64,000 nt of DNA. Origin: an uncultured bacterium. GTDB lineage: Bacteria; Auribacterota; Erginobacteria; Erginobacterales; Erginobacteraceae. The notes beneath the pieces were generated by a model. It saw only the letters and a program-made list of their open reading frames with translations. It searched no databases and was not told where the DNA came from. A program made the position numbers and the translations under genes. Positions 20,243 through 30,491 of this stretch are shown here, piece after piece; position 1 is the stretch's first letter, and every line of letters begins with the position of its first letter. The stretch covers positions 32,001-96,000 of the forward strand of contig CAWGIE010000023.1 of the NCBI GenBank assembly GCA_963822585.1. The letters are read 5' to 3'.

Positions 20243-20270
20243 AATATACCATACCCCCCTATGGTGTCAA
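20243..20270 (-). promoter_or_regulatory. Sigma70 promoter overlapped by a CsoR/RcnR-type operator
   Basis: Minus strand TTGACA-16 nt-TATATT with an extended -10 TG; palindrome ACCATA-G6-TATGGT (20248-20265) fills the spacer. Confidence 0.8.
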
Positions 20271-20413
20271 TACCCCTCTGAGGGGGATTCGGGCGCAGTG
20301 ATTAACTTCGGATCGATCAATACGAGAAGCCTGATGGAGAATAAGCAGACTTCGCCGGGAATTTTCGGGACTCTTATCCCGGCACCGGAGAAGGATGTAA
20401 CCGGTGGCCATAG

Positions 20414-20884
20414 TTACCTGCCGCCCCGGTGCCGGTCCTTCGCACGGCCTTTTTCCCGCTGTTCCGAGGGGAAGAGCCGCTCCCCCGCAAACCGGTGTTT
20501 GACCCGAAAAAGGAGCGTATAGGTGAGGGGCGCGCAGGGATTGTAAATGTGGTCGGCGATGATATGGAGCGTGAACCCGAGGGAGAAGCCCCAGGCCCAG
20601 GGACGGCGGATGACGGCCAGGCTGAGAACCCAGAGAACGACCGCCAGCTCATACGAATGGAGAAAGAGGAAATATTTGTTATACACGTGCTCGTTGGCGG
20701 CGCGGAAGAATTCCCTGACGGACAATCGGCGAAGGCCGAAATAGTAGTAGTATTCAAACAGGTGGTCGAGGTCGATGAAGATCCCCGCGAGGAAACAGGC
20801 GAGTGCGGCGCTCACCGAGTACGAGAAAAGATAAACCGCACCCGAGCTGATAATCGATAACAGGGTGTGGTGAGGCAGCTTCAT
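20414..20884 (-). CDS. Membrane-associated metal-dependent hydrolase (YdjM-like)
   Basis: PHH, IDLDH, FLHSYE and LHIIAD motifs between hydrophobic helices. Confidence 0.65.
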   Translation of the reverse strand: MKLPHHTLLSIISSGAVYLFSYSVSAALACFLAGIFIDLDHLFEYYYYFGLRRLSVREFFRAANEHVYNKYFLFLHSYELAVVLWVLSLAVIRRPWAWGFSLGFTLHIIADHIYNPCAPLTYTLLFRVKHRFAGERLFPSEQREKGRAKDRHRGGR

Positions 20885-21216
20885 TTATAAATTAGCGGCT
20901 TCGCCGCTACTTTATGTGGACCCCCGACTGATTCAGTCGGGGGTCTGTTGGTTAACTAAAATAATTCCATCGAGGCAATCACCCAAAAAAGCCTTCCAAC
21001 CATTAGTCAACCTGAGCCTCCTGAGACATGATTTTTTGTTGGCTTGAAGTATACAGCTCTTATTTTTTCAGAGAAAAAACAAGCTTATTGTGCGCCATAG
21101 GCGTACCCCGATGGCTATCGGCTGCTCATCGAAGCGGTAGATTAGATCCAGCAGCCTACCCCGCCTCTGTCCCGAAGCCTTAATCGGGATAAAATCGGGA
21201 GTCGTTAATTGATGTA

Positions 21217-21258
21217 AAACAGCGCTCAATCCATCTCAGATAGGGTTGAGCGCTGTTT
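21217..21258. terminator. Stem-loop, probable terminator
   Basis: aaacagcgctcaa...ttgagcgctgttt just downstream of 21276..21533 (-). Confidence 0.55.
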
Positions 21259-21275
21259 GATCATTTAACTGACTA

Positions 21276-21533
21276 TTAATTATTATCCGGGGGTAACTGG
21301 AGTCCGATCTTATGGGCGATCTCCTTGAATTCCGGGCCGGAGATGTCGTTGAGGGTTTTACCCCTCAGCTTCAGCTGCTCGTTGAATTTGATCGCTTTCT
21401 CCTGCATCAGGGAATGGGTGTCCTGAGATCCCCCGTAAAGGCGGAAATTATCTCCCCTGGTGATCCGGCAATGCCCGTCCCGGCAGTCAAATCCCAGTCC
21501 GAGAAGAAGTGATTTTAGATGTTTGTTATCCAT
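21276..21533 (-). CDS. Conserved hypothetical protein
   Basis: 85 aa, LLGLGFD..DGH.RITRG.NF.L.GGS..TH..MQE..IKFNE; fills the gap with protein-like composition. Confidence 0.7.
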   Translation of the reverse strand: MDNKHLKSLLLGLGFDCRDGHCRITRGDNFRLYGGSQDTHSLMQEKAIKFNEQLKLRGKTLNDISGPEFKEIAHKIGLQLPPDNN

Positions 21534-21927
21534 TAGAATTTAGCTTCGCAACTTATTTGACCGCGGATCTCGCGAATCTTCGCTCATTTAAAAAATAAAA
21601 TACAACCTTCCGGTTGTCAATATAGATATACCTCATCCTGTTATTAATGTCAAATCGCCTGACAATGCCGGCAAGATAAAAACTCGCGGGGGGAGTGGTT
21701 CTCTTGATGATAATTTCATTGCCCGGCGGTGACCCTGGCGATATAGTATAATTTGCAGGCAGGACTTGTTTACCTATTTTGAAATGTGATGATTTTTGGT
21801 GCAAATAAGAGGACGAGATAGGGGGAAACAATCCTATTCAATCACATCCGATCGTCTGTTGAAAAGGGGCCGAGGCGGTGGAACATAATCTGCGTACGTC
21901 TGTGTAATGCGCGAAAGGAGGTTTCCA

Positions 21928-22152
21928 GTGGTTAAACATCCGGGGAAAAAGCATGTTTACGAGAGTGATTTTGAGAAGATGCACATGTACGCAATCAAAG
22001 ATCGGGCGGCCATGCTGCGGGATCTCGATTATAGCAGTTCCGAAGTGAAAACGCGGCTGAAACAGGACATTGAATGGGAATACGAGGGGAATGAGCTTCC
22101 CGGTTATTATTCCCATATCGACAAAATCGTGGATTACGTCTTTGGAAAATGA
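21928..22152 (+). CDS. Small hypothetical protein
   Basis: GTG start preceded by GGAGG; ATGA overlap with the next gene. Confidence 0.6.
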   Translation: MVKHPGKKHVYESDFEKMHMYAIKDRAAMLRDLDYSSSEVKTRLKQDIEWEYEGNELPGYYSHIDKIVDYVFGK

Positions 22153-22457
22153 AAGAGCTGATCGAAGCCGTCCGGGAATTTCATCGCAAATACTCTCTCA
22201 AGGAGCGGGGTGGCGAGGACATGCTGCATCGCATGAACCTGATCATGGAAGAGGTGGGAGAGATCAGCCAATGCCTGACCAAGGGGAGACCGCGAGAAGA
22301 CCTGATCGAAGAACATGCCGATCTCCTGATCCTGTTGATCGGGAACGCCATCGCTCTCGACTTTGACCTCGAAAAGGCCTTCTGGGAAAAACTGGCCAAG
22401 ATCATGCGCCGAAAAGCGCGTATGGTGAACGGTACCGTCCGGGTGACCGAGACCTGA
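22149..22457 (+). CDS. MazG-like nucleotide pyrophosphohydrolase
   Basis: LIMEEVGEI...LIEEHADLL (EExxE...ExxD). Confidence 0.8.
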   Translation: MKELIEAVREFHRKYSLKERGGEDMLHRMNLIMEEVGEISQCLTKGRPREDLIEEHADLLILLIGNAIALDFDLEKAFWEKLAKIMRRKARMVNGTVRVTET

Positions 22458-22585
22458 AACCCCCTACCCCGCCCCCTTTTAGAACAGACGATCGAATGTG
22501 ATTGAATATGCAGAGTTACCTCCGCCTCGCCCCCGTTTTACATCGAACGTTGAACGTTGGACGTTGAACGTTCGACGTTCATTTT

Positions 22586-22777
22586 TTAACCCACCTTCTT
22601 CTCCACCCGCTGCTTTCCTACCAATACGTCGTTCACGTAGATCTGGTATGTATCCACCCCCGGGGTCGATTTGAGAATCTTCCTCTCCGCCGGGGCCGCG
22701 CCACGGCCGCAACGCAGGCATTTGCTGTCCTCGCTCCGGAACATCTTTTTACAGGCAAAACAGTAATAAAAGTTCAT
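22586..22777 (-). CDS. Small zinc-ribbon protein
   Basis: CFACKK...CLRCG; AGGAG RBS upstream. Confidence 0.55.
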   Translation of the reverse strand: MNFYYCFACKKMFRSEDSKCLRCGRGAAPAERKILKSTPGVDTYQIYVNDVLVGKQRVEKKVG

Positions 22778-22961
22778 GGTTTCTCCTTAGTAAGCTTAAG
22801 CATGTTATACAGAAGGGAATACGGTGATTATCCTATAACAACCGGAAAGAATGGGATAGTGGAATACTGGAAAAAAATTTATAAAATCTACCCCATTGCT
22901 TTATAACTCCAGTACTCGGTTTTTCTTCGTGTCCTTCGTGGTGAATTAATTGGTAGCGGCC

Positions 22962-23975
22962 TTAAACGGCGGAGATGCGGAAGATCCAGTACATCCCCGC
23001 CAGGTAGAGCAAGCTGATCGCGATGTTGACGGCGGCGATCAGGCGCCCGGATGTTTCCGCTTTCAGGTACAGCGCGGCCGCGGTCAGGCCGACCAGCACG
23101 ACACTCATCACACCCGAAACATACACGCCTCCCTCCATCCCGGTGAGGATGTTTCCCTTTCGGTAGGCAAGATCGGCCCAGAAAATGATCCCCAGATTAA
23201 AGATATTGCTCCCCAGGATGTTCCCCAGAGCCATTTCATTCGACCCCATTTTAATCGCCGCCAGACAGACCGACACTTCCGGCAGCGACGTGATCATGGC
23301 CAAAAAGAGAGCGCCGACGAAACTATCCCCCCACTGCGTAATCTCGGCGATCTCGCGGCCGGAACGGGCCAGCCAGAATCCCCCTCCCACCACCAGAATG
23401 ATCGAGACCGCGATCCGGAGATAGAGAGCACGGGCACTTAACTGTTCCGATCCCCGATCTGCGCGTCGCCGGGGTTCGCCGGCGGGATGCTCATCCCGGA
23501 AGAGCTTCCAGGAGCCGACCAGGTAGACGATGATCACCGCCCACGAGGCGAGACTGATGCGGCCGGGGCTGAAGAGGCCGTCTTCCCGGTTCAGGACGGC
23601 AAAACCCAGGACCAGGCCGCTCATCAGGACGATCATCAGGATCATCAGGCGGAAGGGAGCCAGGGTGAGCCCGGCGGTCACCGGGCGCCGGAACCAACAG
23701 ATCCCGATGGCGGCTATGATAAAGAGGTTGAAGGCGTTGCTTCCCAGAACATCGCTCAGGGCGAGAGCGGGTGATCCCGCTATCATGACCGCGCCCAGGG
23801 CGGTGGCGAGTTCGGGGATTGAAGTCACCGCGGCCAGGAAGATAAAGCCGACCCAGATGTCGGTCAAACCGTAACGGTTTCCCAACTCCTTGCCGTTGCG
23901 GGCAAGATAAAAGCCCCCGAAGATTACCAGGCCGGCGCTGATGATAAATTGAAGCCAGACTGCGAAAATGTTCAT
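22962..23975 (-). CDS. Sodium/calcium exchanger family antiporter
   Basis: Two alpha repeats, TSIPEL..LGSNAFN and TSLPEV..LGSNIFN; about 10 TM segments. Confidence 0.88.
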   Translation of the reverse strand: MNIFAVWLQFIISAGLVIFGGFYLARNGKELGNRYGLTDIWVGFIFLAAVTSIPELATALGAVMIAGSPALALSDVLGSNAFNLFIIAAIGICWFRRPVTAGLTLAPFRLMILMIVLMSGLVLGFAVLNREDGLFSPGRISLASWAVIIVYLVGSWKLFRDEHPAGEPRRRADRGSEQLSARALYLRIAVSIILVVGGGFWLARSGREIAEITQWGDSFVGALFLAMITSLPEVSVCLAAIKMGSNEMALGNILGSNIFNLGIIFWADLAYRKGNILTGMEGGVYVSGVMSVVLVGLTAAALYLKAETSGRLIAAVNIAISLLYLAGMYWIFRISAV

Positions 23976-24377
23976 GGGAAGATCTATCTATGACACAACT
24001 AATTGGTACTGTTCAAAACTAACCCGACGCGCGCATCTCCGTTGCCAGGTATAGCTCGGGTTATCGGGGAAATCCCGGAGCACCAGGAAAACCGGAAAAG
24101 AATACAACATTGTCCCCCGATTGTCACATTATTTAGCCGGGAGCCGATTTTATCGGGAAAATGTTTGCTTATAATCACGATTCCTTGTTAAACTTGTCGC
24201 TTCTGGAATTTCCCCGATAGCTTTCAGGGTGCGTCTCTGGCGCACAATCATTGTTAGCCACCAAGGCACATAGGCACCAATAAAAGAGGGGAAAGGGCAA
24301 AATACTCACCCTATTTGGTTTTCCTTAGTGTCTTGGTGTCTTAGTGGCGAAAAGGTGCGTCGAAGGCGCTGATTTAT

Positions 24378-24941
24378 ATGACGGACGGGACGGACAAAAA
24401 CAAGAATAATCAGCAGGAGTTTCTCTTTCATTCGCCGGACCGGAAGGATTTTCTGTCCGATCCGCCTCGTCCCGCCGACCTCGGAAACCTCCCGGTCTCG
24501 GTTTTGGAAGTAAGCGGCCGCGCGAAAAAATGGCTCCGGGCTCACAAGATCGCCGATCTGAATCAGCTGATCGAGGCGGAGAAAAAGAAAACAATTTCCC
24601 GGCAGTGTCTGGATAACCAGATCCGCAAAGAACTTCATAACGAGCTGCGGCGATACTGGACCGGGAAAAAATTCAAATATATTCTGGCTTTGAATTTCCT
24701 CGATCATGGGATCGACAAAGCTCTCGGCCGCTCGAAAGTCAGAAAGGCGCCGGTAAAAAAACTCACCCTCTCCCCCGCCCTGCAGAAGATCCTCCAGAAA
24801 AAACGGATTCAGACCATCGGGGATCTCTTCCTTCAGGAAGAACTTAAATGGCGGAACCCCCGCAATCTGGGCAACATTCTGGTCAATGAGCTCCTGATAG
24901 CGCTCAGTGTTTTCTTAACCCGGATTATTCATGAAAATTAA
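24378..24941 (+). CDS. Hypothetical protein with two RNA polymerase alpha-CTD-like repeats
   Basis: LPVSVLEVSGRAKKWLRAHKIADLNQL and APVKKLTLSPALQKILQKKRIQTIGDL..RNLG resemble the alpha-CTD pattern. Confidence 0.5.
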   Translation: MTDGTDKNKNNQQEFLFHSPDRKDFLSDPPRPADLGNLPVSVLEVSGRAKKWLRAHKIADLNQLIEAEKKKTISRQCLDNQIRKELHNELRRYWTGKKFKYILALNFLDHGIDKALGRSKVRKAPVKKLTLSPALQKILQKKRIQTIGDLFLQEELKWRNPRNLGNILVNELLIALSVFLTRIIHEN

Positions 24942-25022
24942 TGATCTCCATGGGTGATCCGGGGTAGGAATTATCGTTCAATTTTGTTAATCGTTGCCTT
25001 GTTCAAAACTAATCGATTATTC

Positions 25023-25907
25023 ATGACTCCTAAATGCGGGTTTGTCAGCGTGGCGGGAGAGCCCAACGTCGGGAAATCGACACTCATTAACCGCCTGATC
25101 GGGGAGGACCTGGCTATCGTCTCCCCCAAACCTCAAACCACCTGGCAGGTGGTTCGCGGCATCCTGAGCACACCACAGGGCCAGATTATCTTCGTCGATA
25201 CCCCGGGCATCCATCATTCGCGGGACGTGCTCGGGGGACACATGGTCGCCGCCGCCCGGTCGGCCATGTTTGATGCCGATCTGAATTTCTGGATGATCGA
25301 CGGTCGTAAGGATGCCGACATTTCCGGGCAGTTATTTACCGAACAGCTCCCCCATCGGATTAGCTCCTTTTTACTGATCAACAAGATCGATCTCATCCCC
25401 CGCCCCCTGCTGCTTCCCCTGATCGAACGTATCCGTGACCGTTATCCATTCAAGGAGATCGTACCCATATCCGCCCTGAAAGGGGAAAATCTTGACCGAC
25501 TCCTCGAACTGACCTGGCGGTACCTGCCGGAGGGACCGATGCTCTTTCCCCCCGACCAGCTCTCGGATCAGCCGGAGAAGGAGATCGTAAAAGAATTCAT
25601 CCGGGAGCAGGTGTTTCTTTTGACCCACCAGGAAATACCATACTCCACCGCGGTGACGATTGAAGAGATGCGGGAACAGCCGGAGAAAAAACTCTTCATC
25701 AGCGCGGTCATTCACGTGGAGCGGACTTCTCAGAGAGGAATCATTGTGGGCAAACACGGCGCGATGATCAAGCGGATCGGGATGGCGGCCCGGCGCAGAA
25801 TTGAGAGTCTGCTTGGTGTTCCGGTCTACCTGGAACTGCACGCCAAGGTGCGGGAAAACTGGCGGAGCAAGAAGAGCAGCCTCAGAGACCTGGGGTTTAA
25901 TGTATAA
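25023..25907 (+). CDS. era: GTPase Era
   Basis: GEPNVGKSTL, PQTT, DTPG, NKID, ISA; KH domain with GIIVGKHG.MIK. Confidence 0.95.
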   Translation: MTPKCGFVSVAGEPNVGKSTLINRLIGEDLAIVSPKPQTTWQVVRGILSTPQGQIIFVDTPGIHHSRDVLGGHMVAAARSAMFDADLNFWMIDGRKDADISGQLFTEQLPHRISSFLLINKIDLIPRPLLLPLIERIRDRYPFKEIVPISALKGENLDRLLELTWRYLPEGPMLFPPDQLSDQPEKEIVKEFIREQVFLLTHQEIPYSTAVTIEEMREQPEKKLFISAVIHVERTSQRGIIVGKHGAMIKRIGMAARRRIESLLGVPVYLELHAKVRENWRSKKSSLRDLGFNV

Positions 25908-26268
25908 ATATACCTGGAAGTTATATTTCTTGGTATATATTGCACCAAGTGTCTATGCAATTCAAAATCCCACATTCCAAGCATCCCAAATCCCAAACAA
26001 ATGCACAAATTCTAAACATATCTAAGTCGGAGACTATGCCTATTCTCCGAGCTGAAAATCTCTCAAACAAAAGAATTCATACCGGTTAAACTTGAGCTGC
26101 CTGAGATTGGCCAACGGGAGGGAGTTCCGGGTCATCCCGGGTGTTTGTGAATTTTGATCATTTTGAATTTGTGAATTTGTTTGTTATTTGGTGATTTGTG
26201 ATTTGGAATTTTTCCGAGAGCCGCTGGAAAGAATTGATTATTACCTGCCGCTTCAGGTCGAATCAGAA

Positions 26269-26724
26269 TTACAGCTTGTTCTGATCAGGAATAAGGCTCT
26301 CGGGGTAAGGGGGGACGAAGATCGTCTTTAATGCGCACCTGCTTGCAGCCGTCGCCCTTTCCATGCTCTCCAGATAGGGCTTGACGTGGGGATCGAGGGC
26401 GGGATCGGGGAGGAGGAAGACAATCTCCCCGATCCCGTTTTTCTTTATATAGACCGTGTTTTTCTCCACGATATCTTCCAGATCGGCCTCCTCCATCAGC
26501 TTATCATAATAAGGTATCGGCTGCCCGGCGTCGATCAGGCCGAATTTGCCGGAAAGGATGGCGAAGGGGAGGCCGGCTTCCCGGGCCAGATGCCGAACCG
26601 TGTCGATACGTTCCGATCGATACCGCCGGAAGGCGGGAAGAAGCCCTTCCGCCCGATCCTTCTCCCGGCAGCAGATGGTGGAGACCAGAGTGTTTCCCCG
26701 AGATATATGTTTATTCCCGCTCAT
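26269..26724 (-). CDS. Hypothetical protein (DUF6884-like)
   Basis: ICCREK...PAFRRY.S...AILSGKFGLI...IPYYD. Confidence 0.55.
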   Translation of the reverse strand: MSGNKHISRGNTLVSTICCREKDRAEGLLPAFRRYRSERIDTVRHLAREAGLPFAILSGKFGLIDAGQPIPYYDKLMEEADLEDIVEKNTVYIKKNGIGEIVFLLPDPALDPHVKPYLESMERATAASRCALKTIFVPPYPESLIPDQNKL

Positions 26725-26841
26725 TTAGATATGAGTGTTTTTTTCACCACGAAGGTCACGAAGCACACGAAGGTAACGGAATAATTTACTTTATTTTAAC
26801 TTCGTGTCCTTCGTGTTCTTCGTGGTTTTATTTCATTGTCT

Positions 26842-28209
26842 CTAAAGGAATAATTTTATCATCAGAGTGGCGCTGGTCAGGTAGAGCGCGATCCCCAGGA
26901 CGTCGTTCAGCGTCGTGATCAGGGGACCGGAAGCGATCGCGGGGTCGATCTTCAGCTGATGAAATGTCAGGGGGATGAGAACTCCGGAGAGGGTCGAGAA
27001 AGTGACGGCCAGAAACATGGAGAGACCCACCAGCGTCCCCAGGAGAAGCGGATGGGCCTCGCCCCAGATGAATCCGATAACGGCCAGGATGGCCCCGCAG
27101 GCCAGGCCGAGCCAGAGAGCGACCTTAACCTGTTTGACCACTTCTCTCCAGAGATTGGATGACTTGAGCAACCCCAGTGCCAGCCCGCGAATGACGATGC
27201 TGGAGGACTGAAGACCGACATTGCCGCCGGTGGCGGTGATCATCGGGATAAAGGCCACCAGGGCGATGAGCCTTTTCAGCGTCGGCTCGAAGGAGCTGAT
27301 GACCAGCGCCGAGATAAAACTGCCCCCGATGCAGATCAGGAGCCAGGGAAGCCGGATCCGGGCGATCCGGAAGGGGGAGGTGACTCTGAGCTCTTCCTCA
27401 TCCGTCCCCGCCATCCGGTAGATATCCTCACTGGTCTCCTCATCGATCACATCGATCACGTCGTCGGCGGTTATCCTCCCCACCAGGGCGCCCTTTTCGT
27501 CAACGACCGGGATGACGAAGAGATCGTACTTTTTAACCAGCCGGGCGACTTCCTCCTGGTCGGTCCCGGTGGTGACGGCGGCGATAACCTGTTTCATGAT
27601 CCCGGAGAGAGGAGCGTTCGGCGGGGAGGTGAGAAGGTCCCGCAGGGGAACGATCCCCTGCAGTTTCCCCTCCTTGTCCACGACGTAGACCGAGTAGAGC
27701 GTTTCCTCGATGGTGCTGTTCCTGATCAGGCTGACCGCCTCCTCCACGGTCATCTCCCGGTCAATCGAGATCAGGTCGGTATCCATGATCCTCCCGGCGC
27801 TGTCCTCCGGGTAGGTGAGCACCTGCCTGATCTCGGAGAATTCCTGCCGGGGCAGTTCTTTCAGGACCTCCGGGGCCTTCCTCGGCTTCAGCTCGGAGAT
27901 CACCTCGGCCGCTTCCTCGGGATGCATTTCTTCCAGAATGTCCCCCAGAAAAGCGGGGGAGAGATCCCGGACCAGATCGATCCGGATGGAGGGAGGAAGG
28001 GTGTCCAGGATCTCACCGGCGGTCTTCAGGGAAAGATGCCGCATGATCTCCAGCCGGGCTTTGGGGGAGCAATCGGAGAGCCATTCCGCCACGTCCTCGG
28101 GATGAAGGGCGGAGAGTGCCTGGGTAAGCAGCCGGGTCTCCCCCTGCTCCATCAGATCGAGGAGCAATTTCCGTTTTCCGGGTGTCAGTTCTTTCGTTGC
28201 CGTTGCCAT
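26842..28209 (-). CDS. mgtE: Magnesium transporter MgtE
   Basis: N-terminal helical domain, CBS pair (YPEDSAGRIM), RLPWL, GGNVGLQS, DPAIASGPLITTLND. Confidence 0.95.
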   Translation of the reverse strand: MATATKELTPGKRKLLLDLMEQGETRLLTQALSALHPEDVAEWLSDCSPKARLEIMRHLSLKTAGEILDTLPPSIRIDLVRDLSPAFLGDILEEMHPEEAAEVISELKPRKAPEVLKELPRQEFSEIRQVLTYPEDSAGRIMDTDLISIDREMTVEEAVSLIRNSTIEETLYSVYVVDKEGKLQGIVPLRDLLTSPPNAPLSGIMKQVIAAVTTGTDQEEVARLVKKYDLFVIPVVDEKGALVGRITADDVIDVIDEETSEDIYRMAGTDEEELRVTSPFRIARIRLPWLLICIGGSFISALVISSFEPTLKRLIALVAFIPMITATGGNVGLQSSSIVIRGLALGLLKSSNLWREVVKQVKVALWLGLACGAILAVIGFIWGEAHPLLLGTLVGLSMFLAVTFSTLSGVLIPLTFHQLKIDPAIASGPLITTLNDVLGIALYLTSATLMIKLFL

Positions 28210-28336
28210 CCTGTCAGATCCCTGAGTTATAATGCTTCGGGGGGAGATAATATTATAGTAACAGAGACAGCCCTTTTTTGATAACCTTAATTAGCGCCGA
28301 AGGCGCTAATCACTTATTTTTCCGGAGGAAAATAAT

Positions 28337-28591
28337 ATGGATAAGAGTTTAATGCAGGTGGTGATCTTCCTCGATCATTATATCGTCTACGGGATGGTCA
28401 AGCACTACGCGGGGTCATCCCTGGACTCACTTCTGGAAGTGGACCGGGACACGTTTCTGGAGATCAAAAACGCCCGGATCTTCACCGCCGGGGATTCCCG
28501 CGAACTCTATTCACTCAGCCACCTGGAAGTTAATAAGTCGCGTGTGATCATGATCTTCCTCGAAGACTCGGTGATCTCCCGGGGAGAATAG
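28337..28591 (+). CDS. Small hypothetical protein
   Basis: GGAGG RBS, 84 aa, GC-rich codon pattern. Confidence 0.6.
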   Translation: MDKSLMQVVIFLDHYIVYGMVKHYAGSSLDSLLEVDRDTFLEIKNARIFTAGDSRELYSLSHLEVNKSRVIMIFLEDSVISRGE

Positions 28592-28597
28592 AGGCAT

Positions 28598-28696
28598 GTA
28601 ATCAGTAATCGGTAACCAGTAATCAGTGACCAGGGTATAGTGCAGCGAGGCGAAACGAGGTTACCGATTACTGATAACTGATTACTGATCACTGAC
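28598..28696. repeat. 7-nt-periodic imperfect inverted repeat without cargo
   Basis: gtaatcagtaatcggtaaccagtaatcagtga ... ttaccgattactgataactgattactgatcactga. Confidence 0.75.
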
Positions 28697-28729
28697 TTAT
28701 CGGGCTTCATTTTGGCAGAATCTTTGATT

Positions 28730-29398
28730 ATGGATAAAACAATTCACAAAAAATGGGCGCTGGAAATTATTCGTCTCCTCAAAATAGAATACCCGGGAGA
28801 GGGTACCGCCCTGGATTGGGGAAAGCCGCTGGAATTGCTGGTGGCCACCATCCTCTCCGCCCAGTCAACCGACAAGCAGATCAACAAAATCACCCCCGCT
28901 CTCTTCCGTAAATATCGGAGCGCCCGCGCTTACGCCCGGGCCGACCGGGAGACGTTTGAAAAGGAGATCCGTTCTTCCGGCTTCTTCCGGAACAAGGCGA
29001 AGAATATCATCGCCGCGGCACGAATGATCGATGAAGAGTACGGCGGGGCGGTTCCCGCGACCATGGATGAACTGCTGGCTCTTCCCGGGGTGGCCCGCAA
29101 GACCGCCAACATTATTCTCACCAACGGGTTCGGGATTGTGGAGGGGATCGCCGTCGATACTCACGTCAAACGGCTCTCGATCAGGCTCGGCCTGTCCGAA
29201 GAAACTAACCCTGACCGGATCGAACGGGACTTGATGGGGTTGCTCCCCCGGAAGCACTGGGGCAACGTCAACTACCTCCTGATCTCTCACGGACGATTAA
29301 TCTGCCTGGCCCGTAAACCTCGTTGCCGGGACTGTGTCCTGAACCACCGCTGCCCCTCCGTGGTAACACAGACATTCCTGTCTGTGCCGCCAAAGTAG
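28730..29398 (+). CDS. nth: Endonuclease III
   Basis: LLVATILSAQSTD, HhH LPGVARKTAN, AVDTHV, 4Fe-4S motif C-x6-C-x2-C-x5-C. Confidence 0.95.
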   Translation: MDKTIHKKWALEIIRLLKIEYPGEGTALDWGKPLELLVATILSAQSTDKQINKITPALFRKYRSARAYARADRETFEKEIRSSGFFRNKAKNIIAAARMIDEEYGGAVPATMDELLALPGVARKTANIILTNGFGIVEGIAVDTHVKRLSIRLGLSEETNPDRIERDLMGLLPRKHWGNVNYLLISHGRLICLARKPRCRDCVLNHRCPSVVTQTFLSVPPK

Positions 29399-29616
29399 CA
29401 CAGACATTCCTGTCTGTGCCGCCAAGGTAACACAGACATTCCTGTCTGTGCAGCCAAGGTAACACAGACATTCCTGTCTGTGCAGCCAAAGTAACACAGA
29501 CATTCCTGTCTGTGCAGCCAAGGTAACACAGACATTCCTGTCTGTGCAGCCAAGGTAACACAGACATTCCTGTCTGTGCAGCCAAAGTAGCACAGACATT
29601 CCTGTCTGTGCAGCCA
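29363..29616 (+). repeat. REP array: 8 tandem 32-nt units GTA(A/G)-CACAGACA-TTCC-TGTCTGTG plus an 8-nt linker
   Basis: Units start at 29363, 29395, 29427, 29459, 29491, 29523, 29555 and 29587; tetranucleotide plus 8-bp palindrome; adjacent to the RAYT. Confidence 0.92.
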
Positions 29617-29626
29617 GTGCCCCTCC

Positions 29627-30286
29627 TTACGTATTCAGAAAAGTATCAGAGGCCTTTTCCCCAGTCTTCCCCTGATAAAGCCAGAACTTATCAGCCGACA
29701 GACGTGCCTTGATCGGATTCTCGGCGGTATATCGGATGAAGTAGTTATATTGAGCTTGACTGCGCACAATATGGTCATAGGATTCGTCCATCCACAGTGT
29801 ACCGTTGCGTCCGAGAACCCTGTTGACACCGCGGGAACTGGCGCCCTTGATGCCCTGGAGCAGATCGGAGAGGAGGTGCCCTCCGAAGGGTTCAAGAACG
29901 AGATGAACATGATTGGGCATGGTAACCCCGGCATGCAGGCGGAATCGGACACCGTTAAAACGCAGAAGACAGTTCCTCACTATCCGCCGAACATCAGGTC
30001 GCGCCAGTACGCACGCTCCGTATCCAGCATCGAGCCAGTTTTCCAGGCGTTGCCCAAAGCGATCATCATATTCCCGCCATTCCGCTTTTGTCCGGGGTTC
30101 GGGATGATTGAGCATCCAGATATCGCGCTCGGTTTTCCATGCGGACAGTTTTTCCCGCGGCAGCGAGTCGGCCAGTCGGAAGTTGATCCAGTAAACAGCA
30201 TTCTCCTTGGACCAGTGTGGTAAATTACGCCGGGTAATAGTAACGCTGCTGTTTGCGGTAACCGGCCGAGAGACTTCTGGCTGCAC
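29627..30286 (-). mobile_element. REP-associated tyrosine transposase (RAYT/TnpA-REP; HUH, IS200-like)
   Basis: RRNLPHW..YWINFRLADSLP, HUH motif MPNHVHL, WMDESYDHIVR, catalytic-Tyr region RYTAENP; REPs on both sides. Confidence 0.9.
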
Positions 30287-30491
30287 AATTGCCCCCGATT
30301 CCTAGATTACAGAGAACCTTTGCGCCAGGCTGATAAGCATTGGTTGAAGGATAATCGGCCTGACAGCAACTCAAACATTAATTCCCTCATGTTATATTAG
30401 TCGGGTTTTTTACGGTTTTTATTCCAGGAATAGTGCAGTTTTTTACTGAATCAAAAATCCCGATCCGGGAATTTCGAACCGGCATGGGCCT

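Noticed and set aside
29268..29599. Repetitive ORFs (HRQECLC / QTGMSVL), also near 30433-30675 and 34028
   Set aside because: They are translations of the REP units.
29363..29616. CRISPR array
   Set aside because: Linkers are 8 nt and nearly identical, there are no unique spacers or cas genes, and the adjacent RAYT explains the repeats as REPs.
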